A DNA stretch of 61,090 bases, from positions 1-61,090 of the forward strand of contig JAACPI010000004.1 in NCBI GenBank assembly GCA_009995545.1, in the 5' to 3' direction. Shown here piece by piece: positions 49,581 to 59,540 of the stretch. The position numbers and the translations under genes are program-made. Numbering within the stretch: position 1 is the first letter of the stretch; each line of letters begins with the position of its first letter. This DNA is from a bacterium (GTDB lineage: Bacteria > Patescibacteriota > WWE3 > 2-01-FULL-39-13 > JAACPI01). The notes below the pieces were generated by a model that worked only from the letters and a program-made list of their open reading frames with translations, was not told where the DNA came from and did no database searches.

Positions 49581-50225
49581 ATGAATACACCAAAATTACC
49601 ACAAATATTAGAAATTGGCGGGTCGATAGAGAGACCTGAAGTAGATCCAGACAGGGAATTTATTGAATTTATTACTAGGGCTAGTACCGAACAGATGACA
49701 AGTTATATAGATGAGGAGTTTCCTGAGGAAGCAGAAGAAATGAAAGCTGTTTTATTATCCGAGCGTTCTGTAGTTGCACCGTATTTACTTTTAGACCGTG
49801 ACTCCCTATTAATAATGTTTACCCCGTTAAGGGATAGAGTACAAAATGCTACTGAACCTGATTATTTTTCTATGATTAGACCTGGATTAAATCAGGTTTT
49901 AAGATATCCTGGCGAAGGTAGCCAAGGTAAAGGTAGGGCGGAGGGTTACAAGAATGCCTTATACGCTTTTTATAAAGGTGTAGTAGATCAAAAAATTGAT
50001 TTTAGATCCCATTGCCCCGCAATTTTTAAACCTGACGGTAGTTATGTTACTTTTACGGGTTATGAGGTATCTTCTCAGACTTTGGAACCAATACATATTT
50101 TAATGGTTGCTTACTCTGTTCTTAGGTATGATTTTGCAACTGATATAGGTTTACTTGAGATGGACGGCCCAAATATTTTCCACGTACTTGAAGATCCAGT
50201 AGGTTACAAAAGGCGTGGGAGGTAA
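49581..50225 (+). CDS. Hypothetical protein
   Basis: 214-aa ORF with no recognised motif. Confidence 0.6.
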   Translation: MNTPKLPQILEIGGSIERPEVDPDREFIEFITRASTEQMTSYIDEEFPEEAEEMKAVLLSERSVVAPYLLLDRDSLLIMFTPLRDRVQNATEPDYFSMIRPGLNQVLRYPGEGSQGKGRAEGYKNALYAFYKGVVDQKIDFRSHCPAIFKPDGSYVTFTGYEVSSQTLEPIHILMVAYSVLRYDFATDIGLLEMDGPNIFHVLEDPVGYKRRGR

Positions 50226-50270
50226 GGATACGGATTTTGCTTAATTATCGTATATTTGGATTACTAAAAT

Positions 50271-51209
50271 ATGTACTCAATAAGATCTTTATTCAAAAAT
50301 AATTCTTCGGAAGGCCCTCTATTTGGAGAGGGTGTTTTACATGTGAGCGACAGAACCCCTGAAGAAATAATTGATCATTTACCAACTATAGATTCTACTG
50401 AAAGTTTTTTGGGTATAGATAACTTACCCCAGGGTGCAGTTATGGTAAATTTAGGCAGTGGACAGTATGATTTGTTCTTTGAGTGGGTAAAGGAGCGTAG
50501 GCCAGATGTCACGCCTGTAGGAATAGACCTATCCGCAGGCGTTAATCCTGAAGATTTAAAGTCTGGAAATATAGGGATTGAGCAGTATGAGAGATTGAGG
50601 ATGGTGATCTATACTGATAGAACTAAAGAAAGAGGAAAAGGCCTGTTTATAATGGGCGTGACTTCTATTGCTACTGACCCAGAAATCTATCAGTTAGATC
50701 GGCAAAGACATTTAAGTAAATACAACGTAATATCCGCACGTTCCCCAGAGATCCCCCTAAGACCTAATTCCGTAGATCTTTTAGTAGATTCCTACGGTCT
50801 AACTTCTTATACCGATGGTAAGATTAAGCGAACTTTATTAAAAAATGTTGTTAAGGTACTGGCGGATGGAGGTAAGGCAATAGTATACCCCGTAAAAAAT
50901 AAGCCCATCTTTCCTACCTCTGAGAATGAAAATAGCTCTGTTGACGAGGTGAGTAAACTGGTAAGAGCTGTGCTAGGTTGTGATAAAGATGTGTCCGTTG
51001 AGTTATTCCTAACATACCAAGAAAAGGAGAGGTTTGGTTATTATATAGGCCTTGTTGTTCGTAAATACTCTAATGATAGTAATAAACGTAGGCTGAATCG
51101 AGCAAGTATTTTCATATCGGGTTTAGAAGACTCTGAAAAAGATTTAGCTATATCTTCACTTTCGCAGAAATATAAAGGTTTAAAAAAGTATGGTCTACAA
51201 ATACTTTAA
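50271..51209 (+). CDS. Class I SAM-dependent methyltransferase-like protein
   Basis: VNLGSG, VGIDLS, IPLRPNSVDLLV and VLADGG. Confidence 0.7.
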   Translation: MYSIRSLFKNNSSEGPLFGEGVLHVSDRTPEEIIDHLPTIDSTESFLGIDNLPQGAVMVNLGSGQYDLFFEWVKERRPDVTPVGIDLSAGVNPEDLKSGNIGIEQYERLRMVIYTDRTKERGKGLFIMGVTSIATDPEIYQLDRQRHLSKYNVISARSPEIPLRPNSVDLLVDSYGLTSYTDGKIKRTLLKNVVKVLADGGKAIVYPVKNKPIFPTSENENSSVDEVSKLVRAVLGCDKDVSVELFLTYQEKERFGYYIGLVVRKYSNDSNKRRLNRASIFISGLEDSEKDLAISSLSQKYKGLKKYGLQIL

Positions 51210-51284
51210 TACTTAGTACGTTTGTATACCGCTTAATACACTTTTACTTTGCTTACTGCCTCAATTGGCTGTATTATTTATTTG

Positions 51285-51983
51285 ATGGAAGAATTAAAGG
51301 ACTTAATAAATGATATTGAATATGCTTTTTTTGATTGGGACGGGACAGTGTTAAAAAGTAACCCAGATTTAAGTATAAAACTAGCTTTAAAAGAGTTGCT
51401 TAATTACCTTTACTCCAACCCCAATTTTATTAGTGCCCCACTAGAGCAGACTGTTACCCGAACTGTAGGTAAGCCTAGAGATGAGCATGTTAAAGATTTT
51501 TTTAACATTTTAGAAAGTAGTCTTACTAAAAAGAATACTGCGGGCGAATCCGTCTGGGATGCAATATACGGTCCAATAAAAGCAGGGTTTTCCGAAGAAA
51601 TAAACTCGGATGTTTTGGTTTTGTTTGAAAAATTAAGAAATTCAGGTGTAAAAATAATAGTATCTTCTGTGGTCCCTGAACCCCGTCTTTTAAAGACTGT
51701 CGGAGAATATGGTATTACGGAAATGGTTGATTTGATTTTAGGTAAAAATACTTTAGGTACGAAAGGTGGGGGCCATATAAAAAGAGCGGCGGATTTTTTC
51801 GAGGTTTCGAAGGAGATGTTAGTTTTAAAAAGTATGTTTGTGGGAGATACTCCAACAGATATGAAATTGAGCAGCGGGATTAAATATAGGTTTCTTTTGC
51901 AGCCGGATCTAACTGAAAGTATTCTAAAAAAGTCAGATTATTACATAGTAAATAGCTTTTCAAGCCTACGTGAATTTCTCTAG
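51285..51983 (+). CDS. HAD-family hydrolase
   Basis: FFDWDGT, IVSS, K and FVGDT.TD. Confidence 0.88.
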   Translation: MEELKDLINDIEYAFFDWDGTVLKSNPDLSIKLALKELLNYLYSNPNFISAPLEQTVTRTVGKPRDEHVKDFFNILESSLTKKNTAGESVWDAIYGPIKAGFSEEINSDVLVLFEKLRNSGVKIIVSSVVPEPRLLKTVGEYGITEMVDLILGKNTLGTKGGGHIKRAADFFEVSKEMLVLKSMFVGDTPTDMKLSSGIKYRFLLQPDLTESILKKSDYYIVNSFSSLREFL

Positions 51984-52004
51984 TCCTAGTTTTATTTCTA
52001 ACGA

Positions 52005-52997
52005 CTAACTTTTATGGTATCGGTGTTTATGTTGCTCAGTTTCTAAATACCACTTTACGGTGTTCCTAATCCCTGTATCTATATCTGTCTGAGGTTTATA
52101 TTTAAGCATTTTTACCGCCTTACTTATGTCGGCCTGAACCTTATTAGCCGTAATATCTGAGAAGTTTTTATGTGATTTACCTATTTTTATTTTACTTTTG
52201 GGTATCCCCATTTCCACTGCTACTTTGTAGGCTATTTCTCTAAGTGAATAACTTTTACCTGAGGCGATATTAAAAACTTGAAATTTTAGCCTCTTGTCAA
52301 AAGTAGAAATAATATAGTTAACTAGATCGTCTATATATATAAAATCCCTAGTATCGTCGATGCTAGAATACATTTTTAAACCTTCCCCGTGGTGAAACTT
52401 TTCCATATAATGACCTATAATCTTATAGAGAGGCATTCCTGGGCCGTATTCAGAAAAGATTCTTAGAACTACGCAAGGCAGGTTGTAGTATTCACTCATA
52501 AATTCCACCACGTGCTCACCGGCTAGTTTAGAAGAACCGTTGGGAGATACGGGCTTTGGGATAATCTTTTTCTCTGTAAATTTAATTTTTTTAGTTTTTC
52601 CGTAAACACTAAAAGTTGAGCCGTAAATATATTTTTTAGCGCCTAGTTTTTTTGCCAACTCTATAATTTTTGCAGTGCCTATAACATTTGTAGTCAAGTA
52701 TGGGCTGTAATTTAAGAGTTCGTGCGAGTCATAATAAAAGTCTTTAGAGGCTAAATCTACTACGATGTCTATGGACTCTTCTTTTAGTAAAGACTCCACC
52801 CCTTCATTTAAAACACCTAATTTTACGAATCTAAAGTTTTTATAACTAGTTAATTCCAGGGTCCTAGACTCTTTAAGGTGATTTGGGGACTCTGCTTCTA
52901 TATTGTCTATACCTACGACGTAATTTCCTAGCTCCAGAAGCCTCTTGGTCAAGGCGTGTCCTACAAAACCCGATGAACCTGTTACTAGTACTTTCAT
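52005..52997 (-). CDS. NAD-dependent epimerase homolog lacking the catalytic Tyr
   Basis: VTGSSGFVG is present; SPNGSSKLAGE replaces SPYxxSK; paralog of 44754-45746. Confidence 0.88.
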   Translation of the reverse strand: MKVLVTGSSGFVGHALTKRLLELGNYVVGIDNIEAESPNHLKESRTLELTSYKNFRFVKLGVLNEGVESLLKEESIDIVVDLASKDFYYDSHELLNYSPYLTTNVIGTAKIIELAKKLGAKKYIYGSTFSVYGKTKKIKFTEKKIIPKPVSPNGSSKLAGEHVVEFMSEYYNLPCVVLRIFSEYGPGMPLYKIIGHYMEKFHHGEGLKMYSSIDDTRDFIYIDDLVNYIISTFDKRLKFQVFNIASGKSYSLREIAYKVAVEMGIPKSKIKIGKSHKNFSDITANKVQADISKAVKMLKYKPQTDIDTGIRNTVKWYLETEQHKHRYHKS

Positions 52998-53056
52998 AGG
53001 CTAAGAATACCACATAAAGATTAACGTAGTAAATTATAACTGTTAGTATTTACCTA

Positions 53057-54130
53057 ATGAATAATTTTCAGATGGACGGGGGGTCTGGCAATTCGAATTC
53101 CCAAATTTCGATTCCTAAAGGACCTGAAATTGAAGATTCCTTACACCACTTAAAAAATTTAGGGGACCAGCTATGGGAAGACTGTAGAGATGTTTCTAGG
53201 ACAGGTGAGGTTAGAGGAGTACTAGACCGTAGTTTTATTGAAAACTATGTGTTTAACGATGCGAATTTTTCGAAATTTGTTGTAAGAAACTTGCCTAATC
53301 CTACGGAGTTAATAGATCAATTGGCTGTCTTAGACTTGCCTGAAAACTTTCTCGCGGTAAACCTAGGTTCAGGTTGGGGTAATGATACTAGAAATCTTTT
53401 AAGAGATCCTCGAATGAGACCAAGAATGGTCATTGATCTGGAGTTAGAACCTACTGTCTCTGTATATGATAATGACGAAAACCGCGCCAGCGGGTTTTCT
53501 GGCCGCACAAGATCCTTGGTAGGTGATCTCCGATCTACACCCTTTCCAAATCATAAATCCGAAAATGGTCCCCTCGTGCATTTGGTTTTTTCCTCTGGAG
53601 TCGGTCGTTATCAGGTCCCAAGTAAACTTGGCGGAGTCGAGGAGCTAGATCGTAGGATGTCGGACAGTCTAAGTATAGTTAGAAGTGGGGGCTACACCGT
53701 GCATATGGAGATGGGAGATGCAGCTAAGACATTCTTTTTTGGAGGCAAAGACTGTGGGGGAGGATTTAATACAGTGCTTAAGAATAGGGGCTACCAGGCT
53801 GCACCACAGAGCAAGCATCTAGAAAAAGGAGAATATTCAGTTAAGAAATTAGTAGTCAGCAACTTACCGAGGTTTACAAGATGGTACCTTTTATACGCAA
53901 TTACTTCAGGTGACCATAATTTAAATTTGCCCCCAGATACGGATTCTAATAATCTTAATGAGATAGAAGAACTAGTTCAAAACCTAAGGTCTCTCGTCAA
54001 AGAAGAATTAAGGAGAAATGGTAAAAATCTAGATTTTAGCTCCTCTAACCCTGACTACTTGAAGTTACTTTTAGAAATTGCGGGATCTGAGGATAAGGAA
54101 TCTTACATTGTCACTGCTCGAAAACATTAA
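53057..54130 (+). CDS. Class I SAM-dependent methyltransferase-like protein
   Basis: VNLGSG.G, IDLE, GDL..TPF and VRSGG. Confidence 0.6.
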   Translation: MNNFQMDGGSGNSNSQISIPKGPEIEDSLHHLKNLGDQLWEDCRDVSRTGEVRGVLDRSFIENYVFNDANFSKFVVRNLPNPTELIDQLAVLDLPENFLAVNLGSGWGNDTRNLLRDPRMRPRMVIDLELEPTVSVYDNDENRASGFSGRTRSLVGDLRSTPFPNHKSENGPLVHLVFSSGVGRYQVPSKLGGVEELDRRMSDSLSIVRSGGYTVHMEMGDAAKTFFFGGKDCGGGFNTVLKNRGYQAAPQSKHLEKGEYSVKKLVVSNLPRFTRWYLLYAITSGDHNLNLPPDTDSNNLNEIEELVQNLRSLVKEELRRNGKNLDFSSSNPDYLKLLLEIAGSEDKESYIVTARKH

Positions 54131-54168
54131 AATTGGTCATTTATAGTATGTGAGATATAATTGTCCCT

Positions 54169-55248
54169 ATGAAAGTACTAGTAACAGGAGCCGCAGGATA
54201 TATTGGTAGCTACGTAGCAAGGGCTCTGCTTTGGAGAGGCGATGATGTGGTTGGGTTAGATAATTTTAATTTTTACTACCCTCGTAACTGTAAAGAGTTC
54301 CACGTAGACTTGTGCCACAAGGCCTCTGGTCGAAAAACTCATTATTTTTCTGGAGAAACTATTGATCCTGTTTATAAGAAATTAAAAGGTTATTTTGATG
54401 GGAAAAAAGCTAAGGAACCTGGTCAATTTAGTTTTTATGAAGCAGATATTACCAATTACGAATTTTTAGAATACATTTTTACCAGAGAAAAACCTGATGC
54501 GGTAATTCACCTTGCTGCAATGGCAGGAGTTCCTTTTTCAACTAAACAACCTAGAGTTTACTCTAGTGTAAACGTTGATGGAACAACCAACTTATTAAAC
54601 TTGTGCAAAGAAGTTGGTACAAATAAGTTTATATTTGCCTCTTCCTCCTCAGTTTATGGGGACATGGGTGGGGGGTTAGTAACAGAAAAAGACGATGTAA
54701 CAAGGGCGGTTTCAATTTATGGAGCTACTAAGGTTGCAGGTGAATCCATTAGCCATGCGGCTCATGCAATATATGGAATTAACTGTGTAAATATAAGAAT
54801 ATTTGGGCCAATTTATGGACCTCTTCAAAGACCCTATGGGATGTTTTTACCTCGGGCGATAAACTTTATACGTAACAATAAGATAATGCAGATTTATGGT
54901 AGAAAAGGTCTTGAAACGGCTAAAGACAGTACCTATATTGATGATCTAGTAGATGGTTTATTACTTGCTTTAGACAGCGATGTTAAATTTGATGTATTTA
55001 ATATAGGTACACAAAACCCCCAATCGATTCAACAATGGCTTGACGCTGTTGAAAAGGCTTATGGAGAGCCTGTAAAATATAAAATTGTAGATGTAGATGT
55101 TGCCGATGTAGCTAGTAGTGCCAGTATTGCTAAGGCCCGTAAAATTCTTGGCTACTCTCCAAAAGCAACTTTGGAAGAAGGTGTTAAAAGACAGGTAGAG
55201 GTGTTTAAAATGATGCCTGAGTGGTACCAAACTATGGATAATGTTTAA
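54169..55248 (+). CDS. NAD-dependent epimerase (UDP-glucuronate 4-epimerase-like)
   Basis: VTGAAGYIG, HLAAMAGV, ASSSSVYG and SIYGATK. Confidence 0.9.
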   Translation: MKVLVTGAAGYIGSYVARALLWRGDDVVGLDNFNFYYPRNCKEFHVDLCHKASGRKTHYFSGETIDPVYKKLKGYFDGKKAKEPGQFSFYEADITNYEFLEYIFTREKPDAVIHLAAMAGVPFSTKQPRVYSSVNVDGTTNLLNLCKEVGTNKFIFASSSSVYGDMGGGLVTEKDDVTRAVSIYGATKVAGESISHAAHAIYGINCVNIRIFGPIYGPLQRPYGMFLPRAINFIRNNKIMQIYGRKGLETAKDSTYIDDLVDGLLLALDSDVKFDVFNIGTQNPQSIQQWLDAVEKAYGEPVKYKIVDVDVADVASSASIAKARKILGYSPKATLEEGVKRQVEVFKMMPEWYQTMDNV

Positions 55249-55291
55249 AACCTATAGCATATTTGTTGTAAGCATGGTATAATGTATTTGT

Positions 55292-56251
55292 ATGGATATT
55301 TCCACGGTTGTACGAGTACACAACAATGAAAAAACAATTGAAGAGCTTTACGAAAGACTTTCAAAAACTTTAGGCAAGTTTGGTAGGTCTTATGAGACTA
55401 TTTTCATAAACGACGGATCTACAGACAAATCCTGGAGTATAATTTCTAAAATTCAAAGAAAAGATCCCCACGTTAAAGCTATAAACTTTACAAGACACCA
55501 CGGTGAATCCGCTGGTTTGCAAGCTGGCTTTGAGCACAGTAAAGGAGAGTATATTTTTACACTAAGCCCCACCTTAGAAAACGCCCCCGAAGAGCTTAAA
55601 AAACTTTTTAATAAACTTTTAAAAGGTAAGCATGATATGGTGGTAGGGAATAGGGTTGGAAGACATGGTGGTAGGCCCCTAACCAAAATCGCCTCAAAAT
55701 TTGCCCATAAAGTAATTAGTTTAGTTATTCCCCATACATATAACGATGTAACCTCCCCTTTCAGGGTGATGCGTAGCGAGATTTCTAAAAATTTAAAACT
55801 ATACGGTGACTCTCATTTATTGCTTCCCGTATTAGCTAGTATGTATGGTGCTAATTTTGCAGAAGTTAAAATTAAACATTACCCATTAAAGTATATTGAG
55901 ATGAAGGCAGTAAAAACTAGTCTTATTAAAGTATTATTCGACTTAGTGTTATTGAAATTTTTTATATCCTCTACTACGCCTCCTTTTAATGCTACCCCCA
56001 TAAGATTTATGGGTATACTAGGTGTTACTTCTACATTTGTAGGGCTATCCATTGGTGTCTATTTGAGTGTTTTAAAAATGTTTTACGGCCAAGATATAGG
56101 GGGTAGACCAATGTTACTGTTGGCTTTTTTGCTTATGATTATTGGAGTATTATTTGTTTTAATGGGTCTATTAGGAGAGATTATAATAAGAACTTACTTT
56201 GAAAGCGCTAAAAAATCTATTTATACTATTAGAGATAAACTAGACTTTTAA
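55292..56251 (+). CDS. GT2 ArnC/GtrB-like glycosyltransferase homolog, DXD lost
   Basis: NDGSTD, NF....G.SA...AGF and 2 C-terminal TMs; TLSPTLEN at the DADLQ position. Confidence 0.85.
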   Translation: MDISTVVRVHNNEKTIEELYERLSKTLGKFGRSYETIFINDGSTDKSWSIISKIQRKDPHVKAINFTRHHGESAGLQAGFEHSKGEYIFTLSPTLENAPEELKKLFNKLLKGKHDMVVGNRVGRHGGRPLTKIASKFAHKVISLVIPHTYNDVTSPFRVMRSEISKNLKLYGDSHLLLPVLASMYGANFAEVKIKHYPLKYIEMKAVKTSLIKVLFDLVLLKFFISSTTPPFNATPIRFMGILGVTSTFVGLSIGVYLSVLKMFYGQDIGGRPMLLLAFLLMIIGVLFVLMGLLGEIIIRTYFESAKKSIYTIRDKLDF

Positions 56252-56275
56252 TATTTAACAAATTTTATTTTAACT

Positions 56276-57319
56276 ATGGAAAGAGATATGAAATTACTAG
56301 CTTCTAAACCTAAGAACAACTTAGTTTCTATTATTATCCCAGCTTACAGAGAGGCCGGAAATGTTAAAAGATACAAAAAAGAACTAATGCCTTTTTTAGA
56401 AAAATTACAGTATCCTTACGAATTAATTATTACCGAAGATGGTTCTGCTGACAAAGATGCAAGAGACAATACTTGGGGCGAAATGTTGCAACTCCAAAAA
56501 GAATTTCCTAAAACAGTTACTGTTTTAAGACACGCAAGAAATTACGGTATGACTGGGGCAATGCAAACAGGTGTTGAGGCTAGTAAAGGTGACTATATTA
56601 TTTTTTACTCTGCTGATTTAGAAATAGATCCCGATGAAATAAAAACAGTTATTGAAAAACTTGATGAAGGTTACGATTTTGTAAATACCGAAAGAGAAAA
56701 AAGATGGAATGAATCATTTATAGACAAAGCAGTTAGAAGTATTCCTTCTAAGTTTGCAAGTAGTTTAATTACAAAAGTGCTCAAAACTAATATGGCCGAC
56801 AACGGGTCGGGGTTAAAGGGTTATAAAAGATACATTATTGAAAACATGAATTTGTACGGCGAAATGCAAAGGTTAATGGCCAGCTATACTGGTAACTTAA
56901 CCAGAAACTATACTGAGATTCCTGTTAAATACTTAGAAAGAACCTTTGGGGAAAGTGCTTACGGAGGAATAAAAGGGATGTTTAAAAGAACTTTTGCAGT
57001 TATTTTAGACTTAACAGGCTTAAAATTTATGGCAACTTTTTCTACAAAGCCCTTTACCTTAATGCCTAGTAGGGCCTTTGGTTTTACTGGAATATTAATA
57101 TTTTCATTAGGATTAATGGATACTATTTACATGATAGCTCTAAAGTTAATGGGCCAAGACATAGGTACAAGGCCTTTATTTATAGTCGGTCTAATATTTA
57201 TAGTTTTAGGTGTTCAAATGGTTATGTTTGGTATGCTTGGAGAGCTTATGCTTAGAACCTACTACGAGAGTGGGAAAACTAAAAACTTTATTGTTGCAGA
57301 TAAAATAGAGAGAAAATAA
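56276..57319 (+). CDS. GT2 ArnC/GtrB-like glycosyltransferase
   Basis: IPAYRE, EDGS, RNYG, YSADLE and 2 C-terminal TMs. Confidence 0.88.
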   Translation: MERDMKLLASKPKNNLVSIIIPAYREAGNVKRYKKELMPFLEKLQYPYELIITEDGSADKDARDNTWGEMLQLQKEFPKTVTVLRHARNYGMTGAMQTGVEASKGDYIIFYSADLEIDPDEIKTVIEKLDEGYDFVNTEREKRWNESFIDKAVRSIPSKFASSLITKVLKTNMADNGSGLKGYKRYIIENMNLYGEMQRLMASYTGNLTRNYTEIPVKYLERTFGESAYGGIKGMFKRTFAVILDLTGLKFMATFSTKPFTLMPSRAFGFTGILIFSLGLMDTIYMIALKLMGQDIGTRPLFIVGLIFIVLGVQMVMFGMLGELMLRTYYESGKTKNFIVADKIERK

Positions 57320-57358
57320 GGGTCTTAAATTTCTGCCAAAATAAAGTTAAAAATACTT

Positions 57359-58252
57359 ATGAAAAAATACTTTAAGATATTATTGAGAGTGGGTATTAGC
57401 TCTGCATTAATAATATTTTTATTAAGCACCCAGGACTTTAGTAAAATTAAAGATAGTTTGCTTTCGTTTAATTTTATATTTGTTGTTATAGCGTTGCTGT
57501 CTTTACTTGCAGGTACTTATATATCTTCTATTAGGTGGAAAACTATACTAAAAACCTCGAATATAAATGTTTCTGAGTGGTTCTTATTTGCTCTTTACAT
57601 AAAAGGGTATTTTTACAACAACTTTTTACCTACCCAAATGGGAGGAGACGTTTATAAAAGTGTAGCTTTAGGAAATAAAATTAAAGACCAGTCCACTGCT
57701 TTATTTAGTGTGTTTATGGATAGGTTTGGGGGATTAGTAGTTTTACTAATTTTAGCGCTTTTCGGGATAGGGTCTTTGTATGGATTACTTGGTGTGTTTG
57801 CTTCTCTTGGGCTATTAATAGTTGGGTTAATGCTTTATTTTCCAGTTTTAAAGATTGCTGCTAAAAAAGTTAAGTTCTTAAAAAAGTTTGAAGACGCTAG
57901 TAAACTTTTTATTTCTGACAAGCAAAATGGTTTTTTGGTACTAACCTATTCCCTTCTTGTCCAAATATTTTCCTTTTTTACTACTTATACACTTTTTTTG
58001 GGTTTAGGTACTGTTTTACCCCTAGGTAAAGTGTTTGCCTTTTTACCTATTGCTGCACTTTCTTCTTTAATACCCTCGTTTAATGGTTATGGTACACAAG
58101 AAACAGTGTATGCCTATCTTTTTGCTACAGCAGGGGTTACTGCTACATTATCTATTACGGCTTCAATTATGAATCATATAGTTAGATTAATTATGAGCTT
58201 AGTTGGCGGGCTACTTATATTTTTTAATATAGATCTTTCCAAAAATAAATGA
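57359..58252 (+). CDS. Lysylphosphatidylglycerol synthase TM-region (flippase-like) protein
   Basis: RW..IL, F.NNFLPT..GGD, MDR..G and P...G.G..E. Confidence 0.88.
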   Translation: MKKYFKILLRVGISSALIIFLLSTQDFSKIKDSLLSFNFIFVVIALLSLLAGTYISSIRWKTILKTSNINVSEWFLFALYIKGYFYNNFLPTQMGGDVYKSVALGNKIKDQSTALFSVFMDRFGGLVVLLILALFGIGSLYGLLGVFASLGLLIVGLMLYFPVLKIAAKKVKFLKKFEDASKLFISDKQNGFLVLTYSLLVQIFSFFTTYTLFLGLGTVLPLGKVFAFLPIAALSSLIPSFNGYGTQETVYAYLFATAGVTATLSITASIMNHIVRLIMSLVGGLLIFFNIDLSKNK

Positions 58253-59454
58253 GTATAAGTAAAAAAAAGTTTAGAGTCCTTAGAATAATATATGATTTTG
58301 CGGATGAAAACGTTCAAACAGAAGGACTTTCTCCAGGCCCTTACGAATTAACAGTATCCCAAGGAAAAAATCCGAATTATAAAATATATGTTTTAACTGG
58401 TAATTTAAATGGAAAAAATGTTAAAGCAAAAAAGTTTAAATATTCTTTATGTGAGGGTCGAGTAGAGGTTTATAATCTCCCTCGTGCTATTTGGAAATTT
58501 GGCCCTTTTATAAGTTCCTCGGTATTTGTGCTGCCCTATTACTTTTATTTTAGATTAACTAAAAAGATTAATATTGTTCATATTCATCAGCAAATGGGTG
58601 TATGGTTACTTTTATACAAATATCTTTTTGGTTGGTTAGATAAAATACCATTTGTACACACTAACCATGCCTCTATAAAGGGTAGGGAGATGGTGGCCCT
58701 TTCAAAAGGTGAAAAACTTGGATTTATGACCAAATATTTTGAATATCCGCTTCACAAGTTTAACGATTATTTATCTACAAAAGTAGCAAATGTTTTAATT
58801 GCCGTAAGCGACGATACTTTAAAAGAATTAAAAGATTTTTATAATCCTAAACAACCCATTTATGTTATAGAAAATTCAGTAAGTATTGATAGGTTTAAAA
58901 AAGAAGGAGAAACTATTGATTATGGTTTTGAAAAAGATTCTAAAATTCTATTTAATTTAGGTAGACTTAGTAAAAGAAAAGGAATTGGTGTCTTGGTCGA
59001 GTCGTTAGCTATTTTACCTAAAAATTTTAAACTAGTTTTAGCCGGAATCTGGGAAAACGGCTATGAGGAGCACATTAATAAATTAATATCCAGGCTAAAG
59101 CTTACTGACAGGGTTAAATATATAGGTAAGGTTAGTAACTTTAAAGCACCTGCATACTTTAGATCTGCAGATATTTTTGTGTTAGCCAGTGACCATGAGG
59201 GTCTACCAAAAGTGGCAATTGAGGCTTTGGCATCTGGTAATAAGGTAGTAGGAAGTCATTTTAAACTTTCGCATGCTGTTCCAAATATTTTTTATCTAAA
59301 AGAAAAGAGTGTAAAAGATTTAACAGCAGGTATCTTAAAGATAGATAAACAAGAAAATAGGTATCAAGATACAAGAAAAGTAATAGAAGAATTTTACAGT
59401 TGGGATGCAAAGGCTAAAGACATTGAGGTTATTTACAAGAGCCTTCTTAAATAA
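58249..59454 (+). CDS. GT4-family glycosyltransferase
   Basis: GRL..RKG and ADIFVL.S..EGLP....EALASG. Confidence 0.92.
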   Translation: MSISKKKFRVLRIIYDFADENVQTEGLSPGPYELTVSQGKNPNYKIYVLTGNLNGKNVKAKKFKYSLCEGRVEVYNLPRAIWKFGPFISSSVFVLPYYFYFRLTKKINIVHIHQQMGVWLLLYKYLFGWLDKIPFVHTNHASIKGREMVALSKGEKLGFMTKYFEYPLHKFNDYLSTKVANVLIAVSDDTLKELKDFYNPKQPIYVIENSVSIDRFKKEGETIDYGFEKDSKILFNLGRLSKRKGIGVLVESLAILPKNFKLVLAGIWENGYEEHINKLISRLKLTDRVKYIGKVSNFKAPAYFRSADIFVLASDHEGLPKVAIEALASGNKVVGSHFKLSHAVPNIFYLKEKSVKDLTAGILKIDKQENRYQDTRKVIEEFYSWDAKAKDIEVIYKSLLK

Positions 59455-59540
59455 ACTTAGAGTTTACACAAATTTACTAATGCAAATCCTAGTCTACCCA
59501 CTCCTTAATTTATCTGAATCTGAGATGGTATTATTAATCA

